This document shows, one piece after another, positions 19,539 to 28,623 of a stretch of 64,000 nucleotides of DNA. The position numbers and the translations under genes are program-made. The notes under the pieces are model-generated. The model worked only from the letters and a program-made list of their open reading frames with translations, was not told the DNA's origin and searched no databases. The stretch is from an uncultured Gammaproteobacteria bacterium (GTDB taxonomy: Bacteria; Patescibacteriota; Microgenomatia; Levybacterales; UBA12049). Numbering within the stretch: the first letter of the stretch is position 1; each line of letters opens with the position of its first letter. The stretch spans positions 657,313 through 721,312 of the forward strand of contig CAZDOJ010000001.1 in the NCBI GenBank assembly GCA_964507055.1, given 5' to 3'.

Positions 19539-20819
19539 TTAAGGAATGAAGCTTTTAACGAGGTTGATAACTTTTTTCATTACCTTGGAGGCACCACCAT
19601 TTCCTGACGGCATTGAGAATCGTGAAGTCGTTCTTGCCGGAGCATTACCAATCCCATAGCGTATCAAACCAACAGCTGTAGAAAATGCTGGGTGCTGGAC
19701 TTCATCAATAATTCCTTTGACATCGGTTGGCATACCGATTCTGACAGGCATTGCAAGTGAGCGTCGTGCAGATTCACGTAAACCTACAGTCAAAGCACCG
19801 CCACCTGTAAATACGATTCCTGCTGGAGTTTGTGCAGCAAAACCACTTTTCTTAATTTCGAGTCCAATCATTGTACAAATTTCATTAAGTCTTGGTCTTA
19901 TGATGCCATCGACGAGAGTTTTCTGGGAGACTTTTCGGATTTCTTCCTGAAGATTCAGTGGCGTTAGATCAACTTCATCTGATGGCTTGTGGGTACTTTC
20001 ATCATCACCTTCTCGAACTGTTCTTTTATTTTGGTTTTGTGAGAAGAAGAGTTTGATCTTTTCTGCACTCTCAAGTGAGATACGAAGCCCAATTGCGAGG
20101 TCGTTGGTTACATGTCTGGCTCCAATTGCGAGGACTGAAGAATATGCTACAGATCCTTCTGTATAAATTGAGATATCGGTAGTTCCTGCTCCGATATCAA
20201 CTAAGATGACACCGAGTTCTTTTTCGGTATCGGAGAGAACAGCGAGCGAACTTGCATAACCACTAAATGCAAAACTATCGATATCAACTCCAACTTCTGA
20301 GAAAGCTTTTTCAAGATTTCGAAGAGAAACACTATTTGCTGTCACAATATGCGTATCAACTTCCAAACGTGTTCCTGACATCCCGACAGGATCTTTGATC
20401 CCTTCTTGTCCATCAACAATATAATTTCGTGGGAGAACATGGATAATGTCTCGAGTTGATGGGATTGAAATCGCTTTTGCAGCATCAATAACTCTTTGAA
20501 GATCACTTTCTGAAATTTCGCCATTTGGCGTAGCTACTGCGACTACTCCACGAGAATTTTGACAATCAATCTGACTGCCACCGAGTGAAACTAAAACATG
20601 GGAAGCAGAATATCCGGCCATTCGTTCAGCGGACTCAAGTGAAGCATTGATAGCATGTACTGCTTCTTCAATATCTACAACTTGTCCTTTACGAATACCT
20701 TGTGATTTAACTTCAGAAACACCGAGGACGTTAACAACATTGTCTATGACTTTTGCTATGACAGTAACGATTTTGTATGTTCCTACATCTATTGCAACAA
20801 GAATTTTTCCTTCGTTCAT
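19539..20819 (-). CDS. ftsA: Cell division protein FtsA
   Basis: Actin-like ATPase with ILVAIDVGTYKIVTV and DIGAGTTDISIY. It sits immediately upstream of ftsZ. Confidence 0.9.
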   Translation of the reverse strand: MNEGKILVAIDVGTYKIVTVIAKVIDNVVNVLGVSEVKSQGIRKGQVVDIEEAVHAINASLESAERMAGYSASHVLVSLGGSQIDCQNSRGVVAVATPNGEISESDLQRVIDAAKAISIPSTRDIIHVLPRNYIVDGQEGIKDPVGMSGTRLEVDTHIVTANSVSLRNLEKAFSEVGVDIDSFAFSGYASSLAVLSDTEKELGVILVDIGAGTTDISIYTEGSVAYSSVLAIGARHVTNDLAIGLRISLESAEKIKLFFSQNQNKRTVREGDDESTHKPSDEVDLTPLNLQEEIRKVSQKTLVDGIIRPRLNEICTMIGLEIKKSGFAAQTPAGIVFTGGGALTVGLRESARRSLAMPVRIGMPTDVKGIIDEVQHPAFSTAVGLIRYGIGNAPARTTSRFSMPSGNGGASKVMKKVINLVKSFIP

Positions 20820-20826
20820 AATCTCA

Positions 20827-21270
20827 TCATTTGAGCACGATTACGGGCTTTTCAAAACGCAAATCTAACCGTGAAAACAGCTTACCTTCCATTGTAAGGT
20901 GTGAAAGGATGAATTGTAAAGAGGCTATTTGGGCTATTATATCCTTTTGGGACGAAAATGTCACGAGCCCACCTTGCTTCAATTCTACAATATAGCTCTC
21001 CTCATCAGGCTTTTCGATTTTTGTATATGCAATGTGTTCTTTTTCGAGCTGTTTCTTTAATGTCTCAAGCTTCATGTCTTTTTCACTTGCTTGTACAAAT
21101 TTCATACTCGCAAGCGGACTGACATACAGTGGTTTATTCATTTGTACCGTGAAAACATAAAAAGTTCCAGCGGCTATAGCAAAGATACTTCCTAGTCCAA
21201 TTAAGCCAAAACCAATTATCTTTTTGGCATATCTTTTTTGTTTTCTATCGATTGTGTTTGTCTTTTTCAT
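20827..21270 (-). CDS. Short bitopic protein in the FtsQ/DivIB position (minimal FtsQ-like)
   Basis: 147 aa: a basic N-terminus, one TM helix (IIGFGLIGLGSIFAIAAGTFYVF), then a small extracytoplasmic domain. It lies between murG and ftsA. Confidence 0.4.
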   Translation of the reverse strand: MKKTNTIDRKQKRYAKKIIGFGLIGLGSIFAIAAGTFYVFTVQMNKPLYVSPLASMKFVQASEKDMKLETLKKQLEKEHIAYTKIEKPDEESYIVELKQGGLVTFSSQKDIIAQIASLQFILSHLTMEGKLFSRLDLRFEKPVIVLK

Positions 21271-22372
21271 GTTGTACTACCTCTATAATTTTTTTGGCTG
21301 CATCTTTATTGATTAGTTCTTGTGTAACCATTGCGTGACTTTGGTAGGTTTCAATATTGGCAATCATCTCTCCAATCTTTTCAGCAAATAATTCTGGAGT
21401 TAAATTATCTTGATTATATGTTTCTCCAAGGCCAGTACTTTGAACAAACTCCGCATTTGTTTGTTGTTCATTACGTTGACCATATGGAAGTGGGATAAGT
21501 AAACAAGGCTTTCCTAAGTATAATATTTCACTCACTGTACTAATTCCAGATCTCGAAATGACTAGATCAGCATTAAGCATAACTGATACCACCTTGTCCG
21601 CTGGAATAAATTTCACTACTTCATACCGCTTTTGCAAATGATCAGACAAGTTCATTTTCTTATCCATCAATCGTTCAAAATCTCCAAACTCCTGAGCATT
21701 GCCTGTTTGATGAATGATCAAATATTTCTCAAGAAGCTTTTCCAATGCACCTTCAACCAAAAGGTTTATTCCATGTGCTCCACCGCTTCCTCCTGTAATG
21801 TAAAGTAATGGAACTTTCCCATTCGAGCGTCGTTCAGCTTCATCAGCATGTTCAAAGAATTCTTTGCGTAATGGATTTCCTGTCAGTATTGTTTTATTTG
21901 CTGGAAAAAACTGCTCTGAATATTTCCATGAGATACAAATCTTATTTGCAAATTTACTCGCAAGTTTATTTGCAAGGCCGGCTTGGAGTGTTTGCTCATG
22001 GACAACAATTGGAATCTTTTGCATTTTTGCGGCAACAGCAATTGGTACAGCAACATATCCTCCAAATGAGAGTACGACATCTGGCTTAAAATCCTTAAGA
22101 ATTTTTATCGCTTGTTGCAATCCTGCGGGAATCTTTAGGAGTGAACTAAAAGTATGTGTGGTTATTCTGCGTTGCAACCGACCAGTTGTCAAAGCGATAA
22201 AAGGCAAACCTAATTTTTGTGCAGTTTGATACTCAAAGGAAAGTGCGTCATCGCCCTCAAAAGCATGCTTTCGTCCAACAAGCGTATATTCCCAATCTTG
22301 TGGCAATTTATCTAAAACAGCTAATGCGGGTGCAAAATGACCACCTCCACCAGCCACGATAAGAAGTTTCAT
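21245..22372 (-). CDS. murG: UDP-GlcNAc:undecaprenyl-PP-MurNAc-pentapeptide GlcNAc transferase
   Basis: LIVAGGGGHFAPALAV, PDVVLSFGGYVAVP and HEQT match E. coli MurG GGTGGH, PDVVLGMGGYVSGP and HEQN. Confidence 0.9.
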   Translation of the reverse strand: MKLLIVAGGGGHFAPALAVLDKLPQDWEYTLVGRKHAFEGDDALSFEYQTAQKLGLPFIALTTGRLQRRITTHTFSSLLKIPAGLQQAIKILKDFKPDVVLSFGGYVAVPIAVAAKMQKIPIVVHEQTLQAGLANKLASKFANKICISWKYSEQFFPANKTILTGNPLRKEFFEHADEAERRSNGKVPLLYITGGSGGAHGINLLVEGALEKLLEKYLIIHQTGNAQEFGDFERLMDKKMNLSDHLQKRYEVVKFIPADKVVSVMLNADLVISRSGISTVSEILYLGKPCLLIPLPYGQRNEQQTNAEFVQSTGLGETYNQDNLTPELFAEKIGEMIANIETYQSHAMVTQELINKDAAKKIIEVVQHEKDKHNR

Positions 22373-22414
22373 GTCTTAAGTATATCATTCTTAAGAAAAC
22401 CTGAGGAAAGAAAC

Positions 22415-23140
22415 TTAAGATTTAGAACGCTCACCAAACCATTCTGTAATAATTGAAATAAATACAGATCGGAATTTCTCACTCTTCAAACTATGATCCG
22501 CTCCTTTAATTACTTTATGCGTTAGTTTCTTTTTATCTGTAATTGCATTCATATAATTTTCCATTGTTTGATGCGGACAAAGTTCATCTAATTCAGATTC
22601 GATGATCAGCATATCATTTTTAAAAGTATGGAGTGCACGAAGAGATGCTGTAGCCTCTAAAGAAAGTTTTTCTTTTCGCCATTCAGTTGTTTTTCTATTT
22701 GCGAATTTCACTTGTGGCTGGTCAAAACCCTCATCAGGATAATTTGCAGGAACACGAAGAACTAACCATTTTATTGCACGTTCCGCAGAAAGAATTGCTG
22801 CAAGATATGATCCAAAACTCGAACCGATCACTCCAATTCTTTCAGGATCTACTCCTTTTTGAGAAAGCAACAAATCATATGCTGCCGTCATATCATCCAT
22901 ATAATCTTCTCGAGAAAGTTTTCCTCGTTCACCTTCACTTTCACCATGACTTCGTAAATCAAATGTCATGCAAATATACCCTAATTTATTCAATTCTTGG
23001 GCATAAAGAATATTTCTTCTTTGACTACTCATCCAACCATGAACAAAAATGATTGCAGGATTTTTCTCTTTTATATCTTGTGGATATTGGATCGTTGCAG
23101 AAAGCTTTTGTCCATCGACTTGAAATGTGAGGTGCTCCAT
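22415..23140 (-). CDS. Alpha/beta-fold hydrolase
   Basis: IIFVHGW...GSSFGSY (GxSxG nucleophile elbow). Confidence 0.65.
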   Translation of the reverse strand: MEHLTFQVDGQKLSATIQYPQDIKEKNPAIIFVHGWMSSQRRNILYAQELNKLGYICMTFDLRSHGESEGERGKLSREDYMDDMTAAYDLLLSQKGVDPERIGVIGSSFGSYLAAILSAERAIKWLVLRVPANYPDEGFDQPQVKFANRKTTEWRKEKLSLEATASLRALHTFKNDMLIIESELDELCPHQTMENYMNAITDKKKLTHKVIKGADHSLKSEKFRSVFISIITEWFGERSKS

Positions 23141-23158
23141 TAGGTGATTATACCAAGT

Positions 23159-24262
23159 TTATGATTTTGATTGCTTGGCGATGTTAAGAAGAATTCCTAT
23201 GGATGCAAGGTCAACAATGAGGGCCGATCCTCCGTATGAAATAAATGGCAAAGGAACTCCAGTAAGGGGGACGAGGGCTGTCATTGCAGCCAAATTAATA
23301 ACACATTGAATTCCAATGAATGCAATTATTCCCCCTGCAAGCAACTTACCAAAAGCATCTTTCGCACGAGATGCAATATATAAGCATCGCCAGATAAATG
23401 CAGCAAAGACAAAAATCAAAACCACAGAACCAAAGAATCCGAATTCTTCAGCGATAATTGGAAAAATCGAATCAGTAACATTTTCGGGGAGATATGCGTA
23501 TTTCTGTAATGAGTTACCGACACCTAATCCAAATAACCCTCCAGAACCAAGTGCGATAAGAATTTGTTTTACGTGATAGGATGTATCATGAAGTGATCCA
23601 CCAAGATTAAGAAAACTTGTTAAACGCCCGAGACGATAAGGTTCTGAAACGATATAGAAGAATGCACCTACCGCAACTACTGGTGCAATGAAGAAGAAAT
23701 ACATAATGTTCCCACCCGAAAGATAGTAAATAACTACGGCTTCAAACATAATGATTGAAGCTGTTCCAAGATCAGGCTGCATCAATACCAAAAATAAGAT
23801 GGAACCCATCAATAAAATAAATGCACCAAATCTTCCTTTTTCTTTTTGAGAGAACCAAGCTGCTAAATAAATAGCTAATGCAAGTTTGATAAATTCAGCA
23901 GGTTGTACAGAAGTAAATCCTAAATTGATCCACCGACTTGCACCCAAAGCATGTGTCCCAATCCCGGGAACGAATACGAGAATGAGCAATCCAATTGCAG
24001 TAATTAATAAAGGAACTGCGAGATTATAAAATCTGTGATAATCAAATTTATAAGCAAAAAATAATGCGATAAAACCCAATACACACCATACAACTTGATC
24101 TCTAATAAATCCATATTTATCGCCGAAAAGATTGTATGCAATTACGGATGAGGAATTGAAAATCATCAGCAAGCCAAATAAAGTGAGGGCTGTCACCAAA
24201 CTGAACAGCACAATATCAAACTTACCAGTAGTTACTTTTTTTAGACGAAATCTTGCTTTCAT
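23159..24262 (-). CDS. ftsW: SEDS-family lipid II flippase / peptidoglycan polymerase FtsW
   Basis: Polytopic SEDS protein with the loop ...TDSIFPIIAEEFGFFGSVVLIFVFAAF. It sits at the dcw position between mraY and murG. Confidence 0.85.
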   Translation of the reverse strand: MKARFRLKKVTTGKFDIVLFSLVTALTLFGLLMIFNSSSVIAYNLFGDKYGFIRDQVVWCVLGFIALFFAYKFDYHRFYNLAVPLLITAIGLLILVFVPGIGTHALGASRWINLGFTSVQPAEFIKLALAIYLAAWFSQKEKGRFGAFILLMGSILFLVLMQPDLGTASIIMFEAVVIYYLSGGNIMYFFFIAPVVAVGAFFYIVSEPYRLGRLTSFLNLGGSLHDTSYHVKQILIALGSGGLFGLGVGNSLQKYAYLPENVTDSIFPIIAEEFGFFGSVVLIFVFAAFIWRCLYIASRAKDAFGKLLAGGIIAFIGIQCVINLAAMTALVPLTGVPLPFISYGGSALIVDLASIGILLNIAKQSKS

Positions 24263-24278
24263 TTGGGCAGAAGCGATA

Positions 24279-25283
24279 CTAAACTAAGGCAATGAATATA
24301 CCAAGTACCGCCAAGAGGAAACCTATTAACCATGCACGCATTACGATCTTTGGCTCTTCCCAACCCTTTTTAAGGAAGTATAAATGTAATGGTGCAACAG
24401 GAAGTAATTTGCGTCCGAGATATTTCTTACCAAGTAATTGAATCAATGAGGAAGCAATTTCAACAACAAAGACTCCACCAATAATCATCAATGCAAACAC
24501 TTTTCCTGTCAGCAATCCTGTCACAGCCAATGCTGCTCCAAGCGATAGTGAGCCAACATCACCGAGCCAAATACGTGCTTTATAAATATTAAAGTAAAGA
24601 AAAGCTGCGACACTACCGATAAGAATTGCCAAGAAAATTCCTAATGGTTGATCCAGAGTAACTGAGTTAATCGCGAGGAAAGCAAGCAAACAAATGATGA
24701 GTAATCCTGATGCCAATCCATCAAGTCCGTCGGTAATATTAAAAGCATTTACGAACGAAACGATTACAAATGCTGCAAATGGTATAAAGAACATGCCGAG
24801 GAACATCTGTCCAACTCCATGAATAAATATAAAGTTATATCCGAGTTGGAAATAGAAAACCCAAGAGATTATTAATGCTAATATCCATTGGATGATAAAC
24901 TTGTGCCGAAATCGGAGACCAAAGAATTTTTCTTTCCCCGGAACCATTTTCTTTAAGTCATCGTAAAATCCAAGCAGTCCAAAACTAACAAAGGAGAAAA
25001 GAATAACAAAAACTTCCCATGGATTACTCTTAATATTAAAGATGCCATATGCCCATAGAGACCAAATTAAAACGACAACTATAATGAGTAATCCGCCACC
25101 ATAGGGTGTTCCGGCTTTCCATGAATTATATTTGTCAAAAAGAGGTGTGCGATTGTCAAACATGTCTTTTGTGACCTGTTTGTGACGTCGGAGTTTTATC
25201 TTATATAAAAAGTCGATGAATGGCACGAGCAAAATTGCCGTGACAAAAGCAGACGATAACATAAGCCCTAACAGTCGTATCAT
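24279..25283 (-). CDS. mraY: Phospho-N-acetylmuramoyl-pentapeptide transferase
   Basis: N-terminus MIRLLGLMLSSAFVTAILLVPFIDFLYKIKL and the DDLDGLA-type motif NITDGLDGLASG. Confidence 0.9.
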   Translation of the reverse strand: MIRLLGLMLSSAFVTAILLVPFIDFLYKIKLRRHKQVTKDMFDNRTPLFDKYNSWKAGTPYGGGLLIIVVVLIWSLWAYGIFNIKSNPWEVFVILFSFVSFGLLGFYDDLKKMVPGKEKFFGLRFRHKFIIQWILALIISWVFYFQLGYNFIFIHGVGQMFLGMFFIPFAAFVIVSFVNAFNITDGLDGLASGLLIICLLAFLAINSVTLDQPLGIFLAILIGSVAAFLYFNIYKARIWLGDVGSLSLGAALAVTGLLTGKVFALMIIGGVFVVEIASSLIQLLGKKYLGRKLLPVAPLHLYFLKKGWEEPKIVMRAWLIGFLLAVLGIFIALV

Positions 25284-25328
25284 TGCTACAATTATACTCT
25301 AATTTGCCTGAAATAGTAAATTGCTGGG

Positions 25329-25808
25329 TTAACTGTCAGTTTTTTTACCGTAATGAAAGATCTTTCGGTAGATATTTGTATCACGTTTTTTAAAGCCTAA
25401 TTTAGTATACAGACTGTTTCCTGAGACACGTTCTGGCCTTGAAGTAAAGTCTACATATGCCGCTCCATGTTCTTTTGTAAATGAAACTGCATGCTCCAAT
25501 AATGCAGAGCCAATACCCTGTCCTTGATAATGAGTATCTACAATGAGATCGTCCAAATAAGCTTTTCTCACATAAGGAATTCTATAGACCAGTGCAAGTA
25601 TCATACCGGCAATTGTCCCATCAGAGGATGTAGCAATGAAAAGAAAATGATTTGGAGATGCAAGCATCTCTTTGATATCAGCGTCTGTTAACTCCTGATA
25701 ATTATCGCCAACTTGTTGTGAAAGTAATCTGAGAGAATCACCTATTTCTGGAGAAAAAGATGTAAGCTGCTGTATTTTATATGATTGCTGTTCCATAGAA
25801 GTAGCCAA
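25329..25808 (-). CDS. GNAT-family N-acetyltransferase (candidate sugar-amine N-acetyltransferase)
   Basis: 159 aa with a GNAT core ...YQGQGIGSALLEHAV.... It starts 4 nt after the GlmU-like uridyltransferase gene. Confidence 0.65.
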   Translation of the reverse strand: MATSMEQQSYKIQQLTSFSPEIGDSLRLLSQQVGDNYQELTDADIKEMLASPNHFLFIATSSDGTIAGMILALVYRIPYVRKAYLDDLIVDTHYQGQGIGSALLEHAVSFTKEHGAAYVDFTSRPERVSGNSLYTKLGFKKRDTNIYRKIFHYGKKTDS

Positions 25809-25811
25809 AAA

Positions 25812-26582
25812 TTACTCTTTTGGCTCATTTGCTTTGATACTTTGATAGAGATTTTCGGCTTCTTGCAATTCCTCAGGAGTATTTACACCACGCCAAGGGA
25901 TTTCGACTTGAATCGTTTCAATCGTCTCTCCTTGCTCTGCCGCAAGCTCAATTAAACTGACAATATAATATTCACCAGTCACAGGACTTTTTTTAATTTT
26001 CTTGAGGTATTTTTTCAAAAATGCAGTTGAAAAGAAATAGCATGCTGCGTTAATTTCCTGAATCTTTCGTTGCTCTTCAGTAGCATCTTTTTCTTCAACA
26101 ATCGATGTCACTTTACCATCTTTATCTCGGACTACACGTCCAAGTCCAAAAGGATTGGGAAGTTTTACCGTTAAAAATGTTATCGCTGCATTTTCATCTA
26201 TATGTTTTGCAGCAAGTTGGGAAATAACTTCCTTGGTATAAAAGGCAGAATCATCCCCATTGATCACTAGGACATCAGATACATGTTCTGGAACCTTTTT
26301 AAACCCACTTGCAACAGCATGTGCAGTTCCGAGTCTTTTTGTTTGTTCAGCAAAGATGATATGTGTATCATCTTTCAAAACTTCTTTGACGGATTCCTTG
26401 GCAAATCCTACAACCACGATGATTGAATCGAAATACATGTGCTCAAGAAGATCTATGGAATGTTTGACAAGTGGTTTGTTGGCAAGTTGAAAGGTCACTT
26501 TATTCATGCCTTTTGCTTTCATGCGCTTTCCTCGTCCTGCAGCTAAAACGATTGCTCCTAAATTTCTTTCCTCCTTTGTCAT
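25812..26582 (-). CDS. Sugar-1-phosphate nucleotidyltransferase, GlmU uridyltransferase-domain-like (no LbH acetyltransferase domain)
   Basis: AIVLAAGRGKRMKA (compare GlmU LAAGKGTRM) and a 256-aa Rossmann NTP-transferase fold. The protein ends where the GlmU LbH domain would begin. It overlaps murA by 4 nt. Confidence 0.7.
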   Translation of the reverse strand: MTKEERNLGAIVLAAGRGKRMKAKGMNKVTFQLANKPLVKHSIDLLEHMYFDSIIVVVGFAKESVKEVLKDDTHIIFAEQTKRLGTAHAVASGFKKVPEHVSDVLVINGDDSAFYTKEVISQLAAKHIDENAAITFLTVKLPNPFGLGRVVRDKDGKVTSIVEEKDATEEQRKIQEINAACYFFSTAFLKKYLKKIKKSPVTGEYYIVSLIELAAEQGETIETIQVEIPWRGVNTPEELQEAENLYQSIKANEPKE

Positions 26583-27910
26583 TCCTCCTCAGTAACCCTT
26601 TCAATTGATGCTCCTAAATTTGTGAATCGTGTCTCAAATGCTTCGTAGCCCCGATCTAATTTTTCAATACCAAATATTGTTGAAGTTCCTTTCGCAGCCA
26701 ATGCAGCAAGTACAATTGCTGCACCAGCACGGATATCAAGTGTTGTCATGACGGCATTATGGAGTGTATTTGGCCCGGTAATTTTTACTGCATGGAAGTA
26801 TTCAGGTTTATCATCCTCCAAATTATAATTATAAACCAATTCAGGATCTTTAACTTCTGGATTGAATAACTTGACCTTTGCACCCATTCGTTTGAGATCA
26901 GCAACATATCCTAATTTATTCTCAAAAACAGTTTCGTGGATAATTGCTTCACCTTCTGCTTGCGTCATGAGAATTGCCCAAGGTGCTTGCCAATCGGTCA
27001 AAAATCCTGGATGAATTCCTGTCTCAACATCAACTGCTTTTAGCGTACCATTTGCAAAGAATCTGATACCATCTTCTTTGATTTCGTATCCAGCACCTGT
27101 TGCTTTATATTTCTCCATGAAAGCATCGATATTTGCTTTATGAGCATCTTTAACAAAAATATCTCCTCCAGTAATAACAGCAGCAATGGCAAATGTTGCA
27201 ACCTCAATACGATCAGGACTAATTGTCACTTCTGCTCCATGTAATTTCTTGGCACCTACAATTGTAATTTGACGATGTGCTGTTCTTTTGACATTCCCGC
27301 CCATTTTATTAATGAGTTCTATTACATCGTTTATTTCTGGTTCTTCAGCTGCATTATCCAAAACTGTTGTTCCTTCAGCTAAAGCAGCTGCGATAATCAT
27401 TGTTTCGGTACCAGTATGTGTACTCTTTGGGAAATGGTAATTTGACGCTTTCAAACCTTTTGTGCGAGCATGAAAGTATCCATCCTCACTGTGATACGTA
27501 ATATCAACCTGAAGCTTTCCAACGCCTTCAACTGTTCTATCAATCGGTCGTGCACCAAGTCTGCAGCCACCTGGATTTGGGATAATAGCTTCTCCAGTTC
27601 GAGCAAGTAAAGGACCAATAAACATAGATGATGTTCGAGCACGTGCAGCTTTATCAAGTGGGATTGATGAATGAGCAAATGATTGCATGCGTACCGTAAC
27701 GGTATGATCTTCAAGCTTTACCTCAGCTCCAAGATCTTTCATGATATCAAGCATCACAAAAACATCTGCGATCAATGGAACATTGTGAATAATAACTTGC
27801 TCATCAGTAAGACAAGCTGCAACGAGGACCTTTAATGCTGCGTTTTTTGCTCCGGAAATACCAATTTCACCTTGTAATTTATTTCCGCCTTTAATAACAA
27901 ATTTCTCCAT
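26579..27910 (-). CDS. murA: UDP-N-acetylglucosamine 1-carboxyvinyltransferase
   Basis: KFVIKGGNKLQGEIGISGAKNAAL and the catalytic Cys loop NPGGCRLGARPIDR. Confidence 0.9.
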   Translation of the reverse strand: MEKFVIKGGNKLQGEIGISGAKNAALKVLVAACLTDEQVIIHNVPLIADVFVMLDIMKDLGAEVKLEDHTVTVRMQSFAHSSIPLDKAARARTSSMFIGPLLARTGEAIIPNPGGCRLGARPIDRTVEGVGKLQVDITYHSEDGYFHARTKGLKASNYHFPKSTHTGTETMIIAAALAEGTTVLDNAAEEPEINDVIELINKMGGNVKRTAHRQITIVGAKKLHGAEVTISPDRIEVATFAIAAVITGGDIFVKDAHKANIDAFMEKYKATGAGYEIKEDGIRFFANGTLKAVDVETGIHPGFLTDWQAPWAILMTQAEGEAIIHETVFENKLGYVADLKRMGAKVKLFNPEVKDPELVYNYNLEDDKPEYFHAVKITGPNTLHNAVMTTLDIRAGAAIVLAALAAKGTSTIFGIEKLDRGYEAFETRFTNLGASIERVTEEE

Positions 27911-27912
27911 AA

Positions 27913-28623
27913 TTATTTAATGATGCTCTTTTTCTCTGTTTCTTCTCTTCTCCAAGCCACTGCCGCTTCTCCATGTTCCCATAATATTTTCTTTTCAGCA
28001 GGTATCAATTTAAATGCCGCTGATAAAATAATATCATTTGTCTCTTCCCACGCTCCATCAGTATATACGAAATGTGGCATTTGTCCATTATATGTTTGGA
28101 TCTCCCCATTCTCGTGTAAAATCCGTACTGATTGCAATGCCTTATTTACTAGCAAATATTTTGGAATATATTTTGCATTTGTATAAATAGCTCCACCGAC
28201 GGTTCCAGGTAATCCCAATTGATATTCTAGTCCAGCTAATCCTTCTTCAATTGTAAAGCGAACAAGCTGGTTCATATTTACACCGGATTCGGCATAAACA
28301 AGTATTTCTTGTACACCCATCTGGTTTTGCCTGATAGAACCTTTCATACTTGCCTTATCAAATCTTCTGCAATTGTTCTTAATTACCAAACCTGGTATAT
28401 CTCTGTCCGATTCTATTCTAGCACCACCGCCCAGCATTCGAACAGGGATCTTCAGTTTTTGTGCTGCTGTTACTATCTTAATGATCTCATCAAGTTTGTC
28501 AATTTCGAGGTACAACTCTGCGTTAACATCAACTTTTACAATGGTATGTGTTGCTAATGATTCGTTTTGTTTTACTCGTTTTTCACCGATTAACTCTACA
28601 ATCTTCCTGATACTATCACTCAT
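27913..28623 (-). CDS. murB: UDP-N-acetylenolpyruvoylglucosamine reductase, short form (FAD-binding domains only)
   Basis: It aligns with B. subtilis MurB over the FAD-binding domains (LATHT, GGGARIE, GLEYQLGLPGTVGGAIYTNA). At 236 aa it ends about 70-100 aa before the usual substrate-binding C-domain. Confidence 0.6.
   Translation of the reverse strand: MSDSIRKIVELIGEKRVKQNESLATHTIVKVDVNAELYLEIDKLDEIIKIVTAAQKLKIPVRMLGGGARIESDRDIPGLVIKNNCRRFDKASMKGSIRQNQMGVQEILVYAESGVNMNQLVRFTIEEGLAGLEYQLGLPGTVGGAIYTNAKYIPKYLLVNKALQSVRILHENGEIQTYNGQMPHFVYTDGAWEETNDIILSAAFKLIPAEKKILWEHGEAAVAWRREETEKKSIIK

Noticed and set aside
20827-21270. Calling the 147-aa protein a bona fide FtsQ
   Set aside because: It has only position and bitopic topology in its favour and is too short for the POTRA + beta domains. 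It is kept as FtsQ-like at low confidence.
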